Virus record (IMG/VR): IMGVR_UViG_3300011335_000500
Location: 1 to 33,881 of that record
Length of the DNA: 33,881 nt
From: a virus
Taxonomy: Duplodnaviria > Caudoviricetes
Direction: 5' to 3' (one strand)
Both the position numbers and the translations under genes were made by a program. The notes below the pieces were generated by a model. The model was not told where the DNA came from, did no database searches, and saw nothing but the letters and a program-made list of their open reading frames with translations. This document shows positions 16,775 to 25,868 of this stretch, in pieces. Position 1 is the stretch's first letter. Each line of letters starts with the position of its first letter.

Positions 16775-17584
16775 ATGAGTGTACAAAAAATTGATGTAGA
16801 TCAAGGGCGCGCGCCTTGGATGCCGTTTTGGGGAGCAGATTTTTACGCGTCAACCGTGGGTTGGACGCTCCAAGAGCGGGGCGCGTATCAGTTCCTGCTT
16901 TGGAATGCGTGGGCATCGGACGGGTTGCCGCCGGACGAGAATCGGATCTTTAGGCTTGATCCTGACATTTCCAAGATGTGGCCGCTTCTATCCGAAAAGT
17001 TCCCCATAGCCGAGGATGGCAAGCGCAGGAATCCGCGCCAAGAAAAGATACGGTTTGATATGAAAAACACGGCAAATCTGAAAAGGGAGAAGGCGCAAGC
17101 CGCCGCAAATAAGCGTTGGCACAACCCCCAATCTAGCAATGCCAACGCATATGCGGATGCAATGCCAACGCATATGCCAATGCAATGCCAAACAGATACA
17201 TATACAAAAACAGATACACAATCAGAAGCAGAATCAAAAACACAAAAATTAAAACATACGCTCACCCGCGTTGCGGTTGAGCAAGATATTCAACCGCCAA
17301 GAAAGAAACCGGCAAGCAGCATCAGCGATGACGATTGCGAAACCGTGTGGCAAATCTTTCCGCGCCGTGTAGGTAAAAAAAAGGCTTTCATTTTGATTCG
17401 AAAAGCGGCCGCTGAACTTGCGGACATTTACGATCAAGACGATCCAGCCGCCGGCATTTTAGTCCTGTGCGAGCGCGTCCAAAAATTTGCAGACGATTCA
17501 CGAAACGCAGACCCCAAATTTATCGCACACCCAACCACTTGGTTGCAACAAGGTCGCTTCCTTGACCCGCAGGAGGCTTTGTAA
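16775..17584 (+). CDS. Replication initiator, DUF1376/YdaU-like
   Basis: PWMPFWGADF...WTLQERGAYQFLL; C-terminal WQIFPRRVGKKKA...FIAHPTTWLQQGRF. Confidence 0.8.
   Translation: MSVQKIDVDQGRAPWMPFWGADFYASTVGWTLQERGAYQFLLWNAWASDGLPPDENRIFRLDPDISKMWPLLSEKFPIAEDGKRRNPRQEKIRFDMKNTANLKREKAQAAANKRWHNPQSSNANAYADAMPTHMPMQCQTDTYTKTDTQSEAESKTQKLKHTLTRVAVEQDIQPPRKKPASSISDDDCETVWQIFPRRVGKKKAFILIRKAAAELADIYDQDDPAAGILVLCERVQKFADDSRNADPKFIAHPTTWLQQGRFLDPQEAL
17136..17250. repeat. Putative replication origin: 23-bp-period iterons plus an A-rich tract
   Basis: GCAATGCCAACGCATATGC at 17136 and 17159, partial GCAATGCCAA at 17182, then AAACAGATACA twice and an A-rich run. Confidence 0.7.
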
Positions 17585-17712
17585 TGCCACTAGGATCCTT
17601 ACCAACGCATTTGTCTAGGCAAGTAGGGTGCAACGCCACCCAAACCATAGAAACGCCGTACGGGGCATTTAACGAGTTTTCAAATTTAATTGAAATGGGG
17701 ATAAAATGTTGA
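17584..17712 (+). CDS. Possible 42-aa ORF (MPLGSLPTHL...)
   Basis: TAATG and TGATG couplings fill the gap exactly; not in the ORF track. Confidence 0.35.
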   Translation: MPLGSLPTHLSRQVGCNATQTIETPYGAFNEFSNLIEMGIKC

Positions 17713-18257
17713 TGCAAAATAGACCTGATCAAAATTGGCATTTGACTGAACGAAATAATCAGATTGTAAAACTTGTGGATTACGAGTTCCGAAACGCCTC
17801 ATTTGTGGGTTACACAAGGACACTCAACGCGCTACTAAAAAATGGGCAAAATTACTTCCCTGAAAAGTATGAGGGTCAAGCATGGTACAACGCAATCTTA
17901 GGAGCCTGCGGAGAAGTAGCCGTTGCCAAGTTCCTCAACGTCTATTGGGGAGCTGGCGTTGACACCTTTAAGCAACCCGACCTCTTAGGTTACAAATGCG
18001 AAATCAGAACCACACGCGCTTTTGACCCCTGCCCTAAAATTAGATCAACCGACTCCGGCATCGTCATAGCAGTCATTGCCAGCGCAAACTACAAAACGAC
18101 TTTTAAAGTTTGGGGCTGGCTCTATGCCGATGAAGCAAAGCAAGACGCGTACTACTACGATGACCAAAAATCCACTTTCCCGAAACCTTGTTGGTTTCCA
18201 CCGCTTGACGTTTGGCACGAAATGCACTCTTTACCAAAGGAATCAAAAAATGACTGA
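17706..18257 (+). CDS. Hypothetical protein, possible PD-(D/E)xK-like nuclease (start may be 17712)
   Basis: GACGEVAVAK...PDL....EIRTT...VWGW pattern. Confidence 0.55.
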   Translation: MLMQNRPDQNWHLTERNNQIVKLVDYEFRNASFVGYTRTLNALLKNGQNYFPEKYEGQAWYNAILGACGEVAVAKFLNVYWGAGVDTFKQPDLLGYKCEIRTTRAFDPCPKIRSTDSGIVIAVIASANYKTTFKVWGWLYADEAKQDAYYYDDQKSTFPKPCWFPPLDVWHEMHSLPKESKND

Positions 18258-18708
18258 CCAAATATTGCAAACAATTTTGGACTGCTTCCCAAACTCCAAA
18301 TGGGCTAGCCAACAAAGCAAACTCAACGCGCAAGCCATGCGTGACCTTGAGCCGTTTGATGACGCTACCGTCATCATCGCTTTAACCAACTCAAAGCGTT
18401 CACTAGCAAGAACTTTCATCACCGTCATCGAGCTAGCGCAAGCCTGTAAAACCGTGCAAAAACTCGCTAGAAGTATGACAAAAATACAGCAGAATCATTT
18501 TAGCGTTGGCGAAATTGAAGTTGATCAAAATGAGGCCGCGCGCCGAATTGCTAAAATGTCACGTGAACAAGTAACGGAAGCAGTTGCACATTGCCGGCTT
18601 CACGGCGCGCTTACCGCAGAAGCCGTATCGCCGCATAGGGAGCAATGGTCAAAATGGACAAAAGGCATGATCAACGCGGCTTCAATTGCATTAGCCCAAA
18701 ACGTCTAA
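18250..18708 (+). CDS. Hypothetical helical protein (possible helicase loader/replication accessory)
   Basis: 152 aa from MTDQIL; overlaps the preceding stop; function inferred from position only. Confidence 0.5.
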   Translation: MTDQILQTILDCFPNSKWASQQSKLNAQAMRDLEPFDDATVIIALTNSKRSLARTFITVIELAQACKTVQKLARSMTKIQQNHFSVGEIEVDQNEAARRIAKMSREQVTEAVAHCRLHGALTAEAVSPHREQWSKWTKGMINAASIALAQNV

Positions 18709-18785
18709 TACCATGGGGGCATGGGGGGAACTGCATTTTGGTTGTGCATATTCCAATTTCCTATGACAAATGGAATAATGCGCTT

Positions 18786-19175
18786 ATGAGTGATTCATCG
18801 ATCAAGATCACCGTTGGCATTCCGGCGCGTGTGCTATCCCCAAATACGCGTTGCCATTGGGCGATGAAAGCCAAAGCAACTAAATCAGCCCGCATTGAAT
18901 CGTGGGCGGCAACGCAAATTGCAATGGATGGGATGAAAGGCGATTGGATTGCGGCTGAATGCCAAGTTTATTGGTACGCGCGCGACTCACGCCTTAGAGA
19001 TCGTGATAACTGCCTAGCCAGCCTTAAAGCTACGTTTGACGGCCTCAAAGATGGCGGGCTACTTAAAGACGATTCCGGATTGATTCATTTGCCGCTGCGC
19101 CTGTTCGTAGATTCCAAGAACCCACGCGTTGAGTTGTTCATAACAAAAATTGAAATAACAGAAGCGTCCAAATGA
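18786..19175 (+). CDS. rusA: RusA-like Holliday junction resolvase
   Basis: LSPN.RCHW, RDRDNCLASLKATFDGL..GLLKDDS, PRVELFI; ATG 18786 preferred. Confidence 0.75.
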   Translation: MSDSSIKITVGIPARVLSPNTRCHWAMKAKATKSARIESWAATQIAMDGMKGDWIAAECQVYWYARDSRLRDRDNCLASLKATFDGLKDGGLLKDDSGLIHLPLRLFVDSKNPRVELFITKIEITEASK

Positions 19176-19222
19176 TGGTTCAAAACGTAGACCTTGAAAA
19201 CGCTATTCGCTAGGATTCAAAA

Positions 19223-19507
19223 ATGAGTATTGACACCGAACTAAAAATGTCTAAGCAAGTTTCGCTTCAAACCGTGTTCAGCGGGATTCAAGCGATTGTG
19301 CTTTTAGGTTCCATCGCTGGGGCGTTCATGCTTATAGGCAGGCGCGATGCCGCGCTGGACAATCAAGGCGAACGAATAAAGGATTTGGCTTTGATTAGTA
19401 GCGACCTAGCCAAGGCGGTAGGCAACCTATCGGCTAATGACCGAGAATTTAACGCTAAGATGGATTCAATATTGATGCGACTCGAAAAACTTGAAAAGAC
19501 AAAATAA
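19223..19507 (+). CDS. Single-TM membrane protein with a coiled coil (holin/XhlA-like candidate)
   Basis: TM GIQAIVLLGSIAGAFMLIG followed by a heptad-rich C-terminus. Confidence 0.55.
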   Translation: MSIDTELKMSKQVSLQTVFSGIQAIVLLGSIAGAFMLIGRRDAALDNQGERIKDLALISSDLAKAVGNLSANDREFNAKMDSILMRLEKLEKTK

Positions 19508-19519
19508 AGGAAATTACAA

Positions 19520-20062
19520 ATGGCATTAGCAACAGCGGCAACAGGGCAAGCAGCCTACAACTTTAGCGGCCTTATTACTCTTACAAGCGGACAAGCTTAC
19601 GACGCGGCTTCACCAACGGCAACCAAGCCAAGCACGACTAGCCAAAGCGCGTTGCTGTATGACCTTGGCACAAACTACCCCAACCTAATCAAGATTGTTC
19701 CAAGCACCAGCGCAAACAATTTTACGTCCGTTGGTATGCGCGTCATTGGTTGGTCGCCTTATTCCGCAACCACGGGTAGCAATCCTTGGATTCCAACAGT
19801 TCTTGCAGATGTAACTTTGGGCTACACAAGCGGCACGGTTGCAAGCCTAAGCATTGACAACGTAACCAATTACTTCTTCAGTTCCGCAACCGTTGCAGCA
19901 AGCGTTCCAACCGTAAATATTTACACGCCGGCAACCGCAGCCGCTGCAAATGTTCAGCCCGCAAGCGTAATCATTGACTGCGTTGGCTCGCTGCTTATTC
20001 AAGTGCAATTCAAAGCCACCGGATCAAGCCCACAAATGGGCGCATTTTGGTACACAATCTAA
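19520..20062 (+). CDS. Virion structural protein (possible fibre/spike base)
   Basis: 180 aa, Ala/Thr/Ser-rich and beta-rich; AAGGA RBS; precedes the fibre-like gene. Confidence 0.55.
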   Translation: MALATAATGQAAYNFSGLITLTSGQAYDAASPTATKPSTTSQSALLYDLGTNYPNLIKIVPSTSANNFTSVGMRVIGWSPYSATTGSNPWIPTVLADVTLGYTSGTVASLSIDNVTNYFFSSATVAASVPTVNIYTPATAAAANVQPASVIIDCVGSLLIQVQFKATGSSPQMGAFWYTI

Positions 20063-20063
20063 A

Positions 20064-21260
20064 ATGCGAACGCGCCAAGTTACCGTTCCACGCCGGTATT
20101 CTCGCATGGGAATTGGTGGCGACGGCTCAACGCTGAATTTGAATTTTACAACTATGGGCGCGCTAGATTCGCGCTTTACATTCACGCGATCAACTACAGC
20201 CACTTACATTGATTCGTCGGGCTATGTCGCAACAATGGCGGCAGCCGCTACAAACGATCCAACCAAAGCGCGCTTTGATTACGACCCCACAACGCTAGCG
20301 GCTAAGGGTTTGTTAATTGAAGGCGCGGCTACGAATCTTTTAAACTTTAGCGAAACATTCGCAACCACCGGCGGCACTAATAATAATTGGGCCGACACGA
20401 ATCTAACCCGCACAAGCACAAATAACACTAGCCCGCGCAATGACGCTACAGCGTTGCAACTCACAGCCAGCGCGGCCAACGGAACGATTATTAGTTCAGC
20501 GGCTATGGGAACATCGGCGGCGCGCACTTTGTCCGTTTGGTTGCGACGCGTAACAGGCACAGGCAACATTCAATACACGCTTGACAATGGGTCGACATAC
20601 ACCACGCAAGCGATTACGGCGTCGTGGGTGCGCTACACATTCGCAGTCACTACCGCAGATCAACGCGTAGGTTTTAGAATTGTCACTAGCGCGGACGCTA
20701 TCGAAATTTGGGGAGTCCAGTTAGAGGCTGGCACTGGTGCTAGTTCATACATTCCCACAACCACGGCGCAAGTGGCGCGGGCTGAAGATGTTTGCAACAT
20801 CGGAACCATTACGGCGTTTAATTATTCCACCACTAACGGAACGCTTTTTTATTCGGGCGTGATAACAAAACAAAACGCTGGCGGATATCCAATTCGTCTA
20901 GGTTTTTATAAATTAAGCGGCGACGAAAAATGTTTTAATTTTCTAACAAATACAAATACTATTTATTTTAACGCAACGGGAAATGCATCCGCTGAAGTAT
21001 CGAAAAATTTTACGCTAAACACAGCATTCAAGGCCGCTATGTCTTTAGATGCTTCACTAGCCACGGCTGAAGTTATTGTGAATATCAACGGTACTACTGG
21101 CTCAACGGGTGCGACAGCGTTAACGGCAACCAACGCGCCAACGCAATTCAGTTTTGGGCAAACTGGCTACGGCGTAAATTTCCCATGCGGAACTATTGCG
21201 GCGGTGAAGTATTGGCCACTAACCAAGACAGCGGCAGAATTGGCGGTATTAACAGCATGA
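20064..21260 (+). CDS. Head-spike/fibre-like protein with carbohydrate-binding and LamG-like domains
   Basis: FTRSTTATY...RFDYDP...GLLIEGAATNL and QLEAG..ASSYIPTT motifs; ATG 20064. Confidence 0.7.
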   Translation: MRTRQVTVPRRYSRMGIGGDGSTLNLNFTTMGALDSRFTFTRSTTATYIDSSGYVATMAAAATNDPTKARFDYDPTTLAAKGLLIEGAATNLLNFSETFATTGGTNNNWADTNLTRTSTNNTSPRNDATALQLTASAANGTIISSAAMGTSAARTLSVWLRRVTGTGNIQYTLDNGSTYTTQAITASWVRYTFAVTTADQRVGFRIVTSADAIEIWGVQLEAGTGASSYIPTTTAQVARAEDVCNIGTITAFNYSTTNGTLFYSGVITKQNAGGYPIRLGFYKLSGDEKCFNFLTNTNTIYFNATGNASAEVSKNFTLNTAFKAAMSLDASLATAEVIVNINGTTGSTGATALTATNAPTQFSFGQTGYGVNFPCGTIAAVKYWPLTKTAAELAVLTA

Positions 21261-21511
21261 TTGATTATTACCTACGCACATCGACCAAGTCGAATATGGA
21301 AGCGTGTTTATTCGCCGCTGGCATTGCCACAATCAAAGATGGAATGTTGGTAGTCGCTGAAACTTATACCGTGGACATGGTCGGCGCGGCTGATGGTGAT
21401 TCCCGCTACCACGCCAACCTACGCGTATGCCGTGAACTGACCCAAGACCAACTAGATGAGCTACCAATTCTCGACCCCGCACCGACAACACCAATGCGTG
21501 TTTTCGCATGA
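21257..21511 (+). CDS. Small fibre-associated protein (84 aa)
   Basis: MIDYYLR...YHANLR...PTTPMRVFA; ATGA overlaps on both sides. Confidence 0.65.
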   Translation: MIDYYLRTSTKSNMEACLFAAGIATIKDGMLVVAETYTVDMVGAADGDSRYHANLRVCRELTQDQLDELPILDPAPTTPMRVFA

Positions 21512-22041
21512 AATGGGTAGCGTTGCTCTTGCTTGCTGGTTGTTCCGCGTCGCAACAAATAGCAACCAGCGCAACCGCAATTAGGGAATACGCGTCAACC
21601 ATCAAGGATCAAAGCGCAAGCATTCAAAACAATGCAAGCGAGCCGGCGGTGATTTCAAGCGCAAAATCCATAAGCGCAACCGCCAATAAGATCATTGCCG
21701 AAGTGGCCGATATCCAAGAATCCATTCCTAGCGTTGCGGATATAACGCCGTGGTGGGCTACGCTCATAAAATGGGGGTTCATAATGGTCGCAGCCATAGC
21801 CGCTACTTTCCTGCTTGTACAGTCCGGCGCGCTAGTTTGGCTGCGCCTATTGCTCAACCTAATTCCTAAACGGGTTACCACGGAAGCCAACATTGCCATG
21901 AACGCGCTGGATCCCAACAAGGAAGATAACTTGACTACATGGATTTCAGCCAAGCGCGCAAGCGATCCGCTCTTTAACAAGGCATGGTTGCAAGCCAAAT
22001 CGGAGCGTGTTTCTGATATAGTGACACCAAAGGAGAATTGA
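21508..22041 (+). CDS. Lipoprotein with a second TM helix (unimolecular-spanin-like)
   Basis: Lipobox LLAG|C at residue 12; helical domain; TM WGFIMVAAIAATFLLV. Confidence 0.6.
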   Translation: MKWVALLLLAGCSASQQIATSATAIREYASTIKDQSASIQNNASEPAVISSAKSISATANKIIAEVADIQESIPSVADITPWWATLIKWGFIMVAAIAATFLLVQSGALVWLRLLLNLIPKRVTTEANIAMNALDPNKEDNLTTWISAKRASDPLFNKAWLQAKSERVSDIVTPKEN

Positions 22042-22044
22042 ACT

Positions 22045-22173
22045 ATGGACAGCATTTCAAGTTTCTTAGGTTCGTTTTGGTTTGGGGTTATGCTCGCTGC
22101 GCTGGGCTACATCGCCGGCAATTTGATTCCGCTTGCGACTCTCGCAAAGTGGATTCCAAGCAAGAAGGACTGA
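22045..22173 (+). CDS. 42-aa membrane peptide (holin-like candidate)
   Basis: MDSISSFLGSFWFGVMLAALGYIAGNLIPLATLAKWIPSKKD; AAGGAG RBS; not in the ORF track. Confidence 0.6.
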   Translation: MDSISSFLGSFWFGVMLAALGYIAGNLIPLATLAKWIPSKKD

Positions 22174-22217
22174 CCCACTTCTAAAGCCCTCGCAGGGGAA
22201 ACCCTACGGCGGCAATT

Positions 22218-22604
22218 ATGGCAAAGCGCAAAGCTAAATCCAAAGCAGTCAAGGCGGAAAAACCTTCGCCCGCGCTGCAAATTGAAACTAGGGGTTGTAG
22301 GTCGTCGCTTGCCGTTATTCGTCGCGCTGTTGAAAAGGGCTGGAATGTTCCGCAACGGATCATTGATCAAGTGCCGGAAATTGTTGCCCAAATTATGAAC
22401 GATGACGTAGCCCATGTTCGTGACAGGCTGCGCGCCAGCGAAGTGCTTGCTTCCCTAGTCAAGCACAGGGTTGAAGCGGCCATTGCGCTAGACAAAATTG
22501 AACGGCTCGACGGCGGTGAAGCAACCGAACGCTTTGCGGTTTCCCCTGAAATTGAAGCGCGCGCCCGTGAAATAATCACAAGGCGGCTAGGTGAACAGCG
22601 ATAG
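22218..22604 (+). CDS. terS: Putative terminase small subunit
   Basis: 128 aa helical protein overlapping the start of TerL. Confidence 0.55.
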   Translation: MAKRKAKSKAVKAEKPSPALQIETRGCRSSLAVIRRAVEKGWNVPQRIIDQVPEIVAQIMNDDVAHVRDRLRASEVLASLVKHRVEAAIALDKIERLDGGEATERFAVSPEIEARAREIITRRLGEQR

Positions 22605-24015
22605 CGTTGCTGCGGTTGCCGCCGCCGCGCGTGAATGCCCTGACGTATTTGCCGAGTTGCTAGGCTTCCAGCAATCGCAATTGCACACAGATATGCAAGC
22701 GCACTTGAGCAAACACAGGGACGCGGCAATTGGTATGCCCCGTGGACACGGAAAATCCGTTCAAATAGGAATCCGTGAAGCGTGGGAAATTGGTCGCAAC
22801 CCAAGAATCCGCATTAAGCATATTGGGCAAACCGTAGTCAAAGCGCAAGAACAAGTACGCATGGTGGTTCAGATTATGCGCTCCGAAGTCTACAAGCTAG
22901 TGTTTCCTGAAATCCAAATAGTGAAGCCAAAGCCGGACGATGACGGCTCTAGCGAAATTGTTGTGCGTAGCGACACCATGCACAAGGATCCAACGCTACA
23001 GGCTGCAAATATCTTTGGTCGAGCCGGTGGACGCGCTGACCTATTGATTGGGGATGACGTTTGCGATTTACGCAATTCAATCCTGATCCCAGCGGAGCGC
23101 GCAAAGGTCAAGGAATCTTGGCGCAACAATTGGCTACCCATGCGCGACTTTTCGGCTGGAACACCGCGCACGTGGCGGCTGTTCACGCCTTATCACTCCG
23201 ATGATCTAACAGCCGATTGGAAGCGATCCGCCGAACTAGATGAAACCTTGTATTGGAAGCCCTGCAAGCACTACCAAAGCCCGTGGCCTGAAGTGTTCAC
23301 GCCAGCAATCCTAGAGGCGCAGCGTAAGGAAATGGGGCAAATGGGCTACGCGCGCGCCTACGAACTCGTTGCCATTGCTGACGATGCTTTGATATTCCGA
23401 CCCGAATGGATTGAACAAGGCTATTACATTGGCGACCCATCGCCTGAAGCGCAGTCAACAGGTCGGATTGTGGCTGCAATTGATTGGGCATTTACAGCCA
23501 AGAGCGGCGAAAAGGGCGACTTCAGCGTTTGCGTTATTGGCTTGCTTGACCGTGAAGGCAAAGTTTGGATCTTAGAAGCCATGCGGATGCAAGCAACGTT
23601 TCCCGAATTTATGCGCCGCGCCGTAGATTCATGTGAACGGCTAGACGTTTCCCTAATCATTGCAGAAGGCAACGGCCCTCAAATGGGGCTATGCCAGCAA
23701 CTTGCAAGCTCAACTAAGATACCGGTGCGGCAAATCAACCGCACTAAAGACAAGGTAACGCGCGCCAGCGAAGCGCAACCAATGGTTGAACAAGGTAGGT
23801 TGAAATTGCGATGCACCATGCAAGGCAGGGTTGAAATTACACAGGAAGTAATACGTGATGAAATGATCGGCTTTCCAGCGGCGGAGCATGACGACACAGT
23901 TGACGCGGTGGTTGACTTGCTCGATTATGCGCGCACAAGTCGATACGATCCTAGAAGCAGGCCTAGCACGGTGAAAAACGAATTGCCTAAATTGTGGAGA
24001 TTGTACGGACGATGA
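22591..24015 (+). CDS. terL: Terminase large subunit
   Basis: Walker A MPRGHGKS, Walker B LLIGDD, RNase H-like AIDWA...GDFS...HDDTVDA. Confidence 0.93.
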   Translation: MNSDSVAAVAAAARECPDVFAELLGFQQSQLHTDMQAHLSKHRDAAIGMPRGHGKSVQIGIREAWEIGRNPRIRIKHIGQTVVKAQEQVRMVVQIMRSEVYKLVFPEIQIVKPKPDDDGSSEIVVRSDTMHKDPTLQAANIFGRAGGRADLLIGDDVCDLRNSILIPAERAKVKESWRNNWLPMRDFSAGTPRTWRLFTPYHSDDLTADWKRSAELDETLYWKPCKHYQSPWPEVFTPAILEAQRKEMGQMGYARAYELVAIADDALIFRPEWIEQGYYIGDPSPEAQSTGRIVAAIDWAFTAKSGEKGDFSVCVIGLLDREGKVWILEAMRMQATFPEFMRRAVDSCERLDVSLIIAEGNGPQMGLCQQLASSTKIPVRQINRTKDKVTRASEAQPMVEQGRLKLRCTMQGRVEITQEVIRDEMIGFPAAEHDDTVDAVVDLLDYARTSRYDPRSRPSTVKNELPKLWRLYGR

Positions 24016-25868
24016 GCGAAAAAGAACAAGATCTAGCGGCGGAAACACAGCAAGGCGATGCAATCAAAACGCAGCCGGTGTACCAACAACTCGTTACGCC
24101 GGTTGAAATGCAGCGTTCGTTTTATACGAGCGTCAACAAAGTCTTGCGCCAAGGCTCACTTGCGTTCCGTAAGGATCGAACCTTGCAACGTCAAATGCGG
24201 TTTGATCCCGACATCATGGGGCCGTTACTAAGCTTGCAGCTGGGCGTTGCTTGCAGCGATTGGACAATTACGCCACAAGCGGACAAGATGAAAGATCCCG
24301 AAGCCATTCAAAAGGCTGCGATCATTGAAAAATTGGTACGCGGCATTCCACGCATCACAGATTTTATTCGTCATTTGCTAGATGCCCTGTGGTACGGTCG
24401 CAGCGCGGTGAACATTGTCTACGGACGCAGCGAGGACATGATCTATATCCGTGATTGGTTGCCTATCCACGGCGACAGCGTGGTTTCCACAGAACTAAAT
24501 CAGATCGGTTTGAAAGTTGGCCCGCGCTATTACACGCAATTTTCCGGCGGTGTTGATCCCGACACGGACAAAATCAACGGGACAATCATTGGTTGGGATT
24601 CACGCGTCTTGCCGCTTGATGAACGCCAACGAGCGACCATTGTGCTTCACACTTATCAGGCGCAGGGCGTTGATTTTGATGATCCGTATGAAGCCGAGAA
24701 TGCCTACCTAGGTCGCGGAATGCGTGACCTGTGTTGGTACTATTGGTCAATGAAGCAGGCCGCGCTTCAGAATTGGGCTACCTACATCGAACGCTACAGC
24801 ATGGGAATCCGAATTGGAACCTACCCAATTGGTAACGATCAAGCCAAAACTGAAATGGAAACGGTCATGCAAAATATGCTTGGCGATGTTTCCGCATTGA
24901 TGCCGCGCGACCCCAACGCCACAGGCGACCAACCATTTGACATCAAGATTTTGGAACCCAACGCCGGCAACGCTGAAACCTTTGCCCGCATGGTTGAATA
25001 CCTAGTCGGCAATATCAAGGAAGTAATTCTTGGACAAACGGGAACAAGCGAAGCCATTTCAACCGGAATGGGATCTAGCGTAGCCGATGAACACGCCAAA
25101 ACCCTAAACCGCCAAATGCAATATGTGGCAAACGGCCTAGCGGAAACAATGAACCGTGAAGTGATACAGCCCCTTTACCTGCATAACTTCGGGCATGAGG
25201 GAACTATTCCACAATTCACCTTTAGCATTTCCAAGCCAAATCCTGAAGAATATATGAAGGCTGTTGAATCCTTCACCAAATTGGGCGGGCGCATATCGGA
25301 GCGTGAAGCCCGCAAGGTGTTTGGATTGGCGGAGCCGGAAGATGATGAACCCGTATTGCAAGCACCCGCTGAAGGCGGAATGGCTCCGCTTGATGTTCGC
25401 CCAATGGGCAAAGAACCCGAACCGCTGCCGGACATGGACGAGCAAGAACCGCCTAGCAATGAACCGCCAACTAAGATCAAAGCCCGCAAGCGCGGCAAGA
25501 AGGCATTTACACGCTCAAAAAAAAAGTTTAGCGCAGGCGCGGAAACGAAATGGTTTGCCGGCGAAACGGAATTAGGCAAAGGATCAGGCTCTCGCAAAAT
25601 AGTTTCCGGCGCAGAATTTAAAGCAATGTTTCCAACAGAAACTTCCGCTTTTAGTTTCGACACGCAGCGAATGGCTGCAATAAATCCACAGCGACAATAT
25701 TGGGTTGGGTTTGTCAATGGTGTTGCAAAGCCAATTACGCGCGCGGTGCTGTGGGCCGCAAAGCCAAACAAGCCGTTGCACAAGTGCAATTCCAAATGCA
25801 AAACCGCCAACGGCGGGGAATGCAATTGTGAATGCCTAGGCAAAAATCACGGGATACTAAGGGTTTGA
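24012..25868 (+). CDS. Portal protein (DUF935/Mu gp29-like) with an extra C-terminal Zn-binding domain
   Basis: LLDALWYGRS, YLGRG, WATYIERY, ILGQT; ATGA overlap at 24012; C-terminal HKC..KC...CNCECLGKNHG. Confidence 0.88.
   Translation: MSEKEQDLAAETQQGDAIKTQPVYQQLVTPVEMQRSFYTSVNKVLRQGSLAFRKDRTLQRQMRFDPDIMGPLLSLQLGVACSDWTITPQADKMKDPEAIQKAAIIEKLVRGIPRITDFIRHLLDALWYGRSAVNIVYGRSEDMIYIRDWLPIHGDSVVSTELNQIGLKVGPRYYTQFSGGVDPDTDKINGTIIGWDSRVLPLDERQRATIVLHTYQAQGVDFDDPYEAENAYLGRGMRDLCWYYWSMKQAALQNWATYIERYSMGIRIGTYPIGNDQAKTEMETVMQNMLGDVSALMPRDPNATGDQPFDIKILEPNAGNAETFARMVEYLVGNIKEVILGQTGTSEAISTGMGSSVADEHAKTLNRQMQYVANGLAETMNREVIQPLYLHNFGHEGTIPQFTFSISKPNPEEYMKAVESFTKLGGRISEREARKVFGLAEPEDDEPVLQAPAEGGMAPLDVRPMGKEPEPLPDMDEQEPPSNEPPTKIKARKRGKKAFTRSKKKFSAGAETKWFAGETELGKGSGSRKIVSGAEFKAMFPTETSAFSFDTQRMAAINPQRQYWVGFVNGVAKPITRAVLWAAKPNKPLHKCNSKCKTANGGECNCECLGKNHGILRV

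Noticed and set aside
25175-25843. 222-aa antisense ORF and many other shadow ORFs in the track
   Set aside because: They lie opposite or within well-supported genes and lack an RBS or motifs; only 15405-15869 has independent motif support
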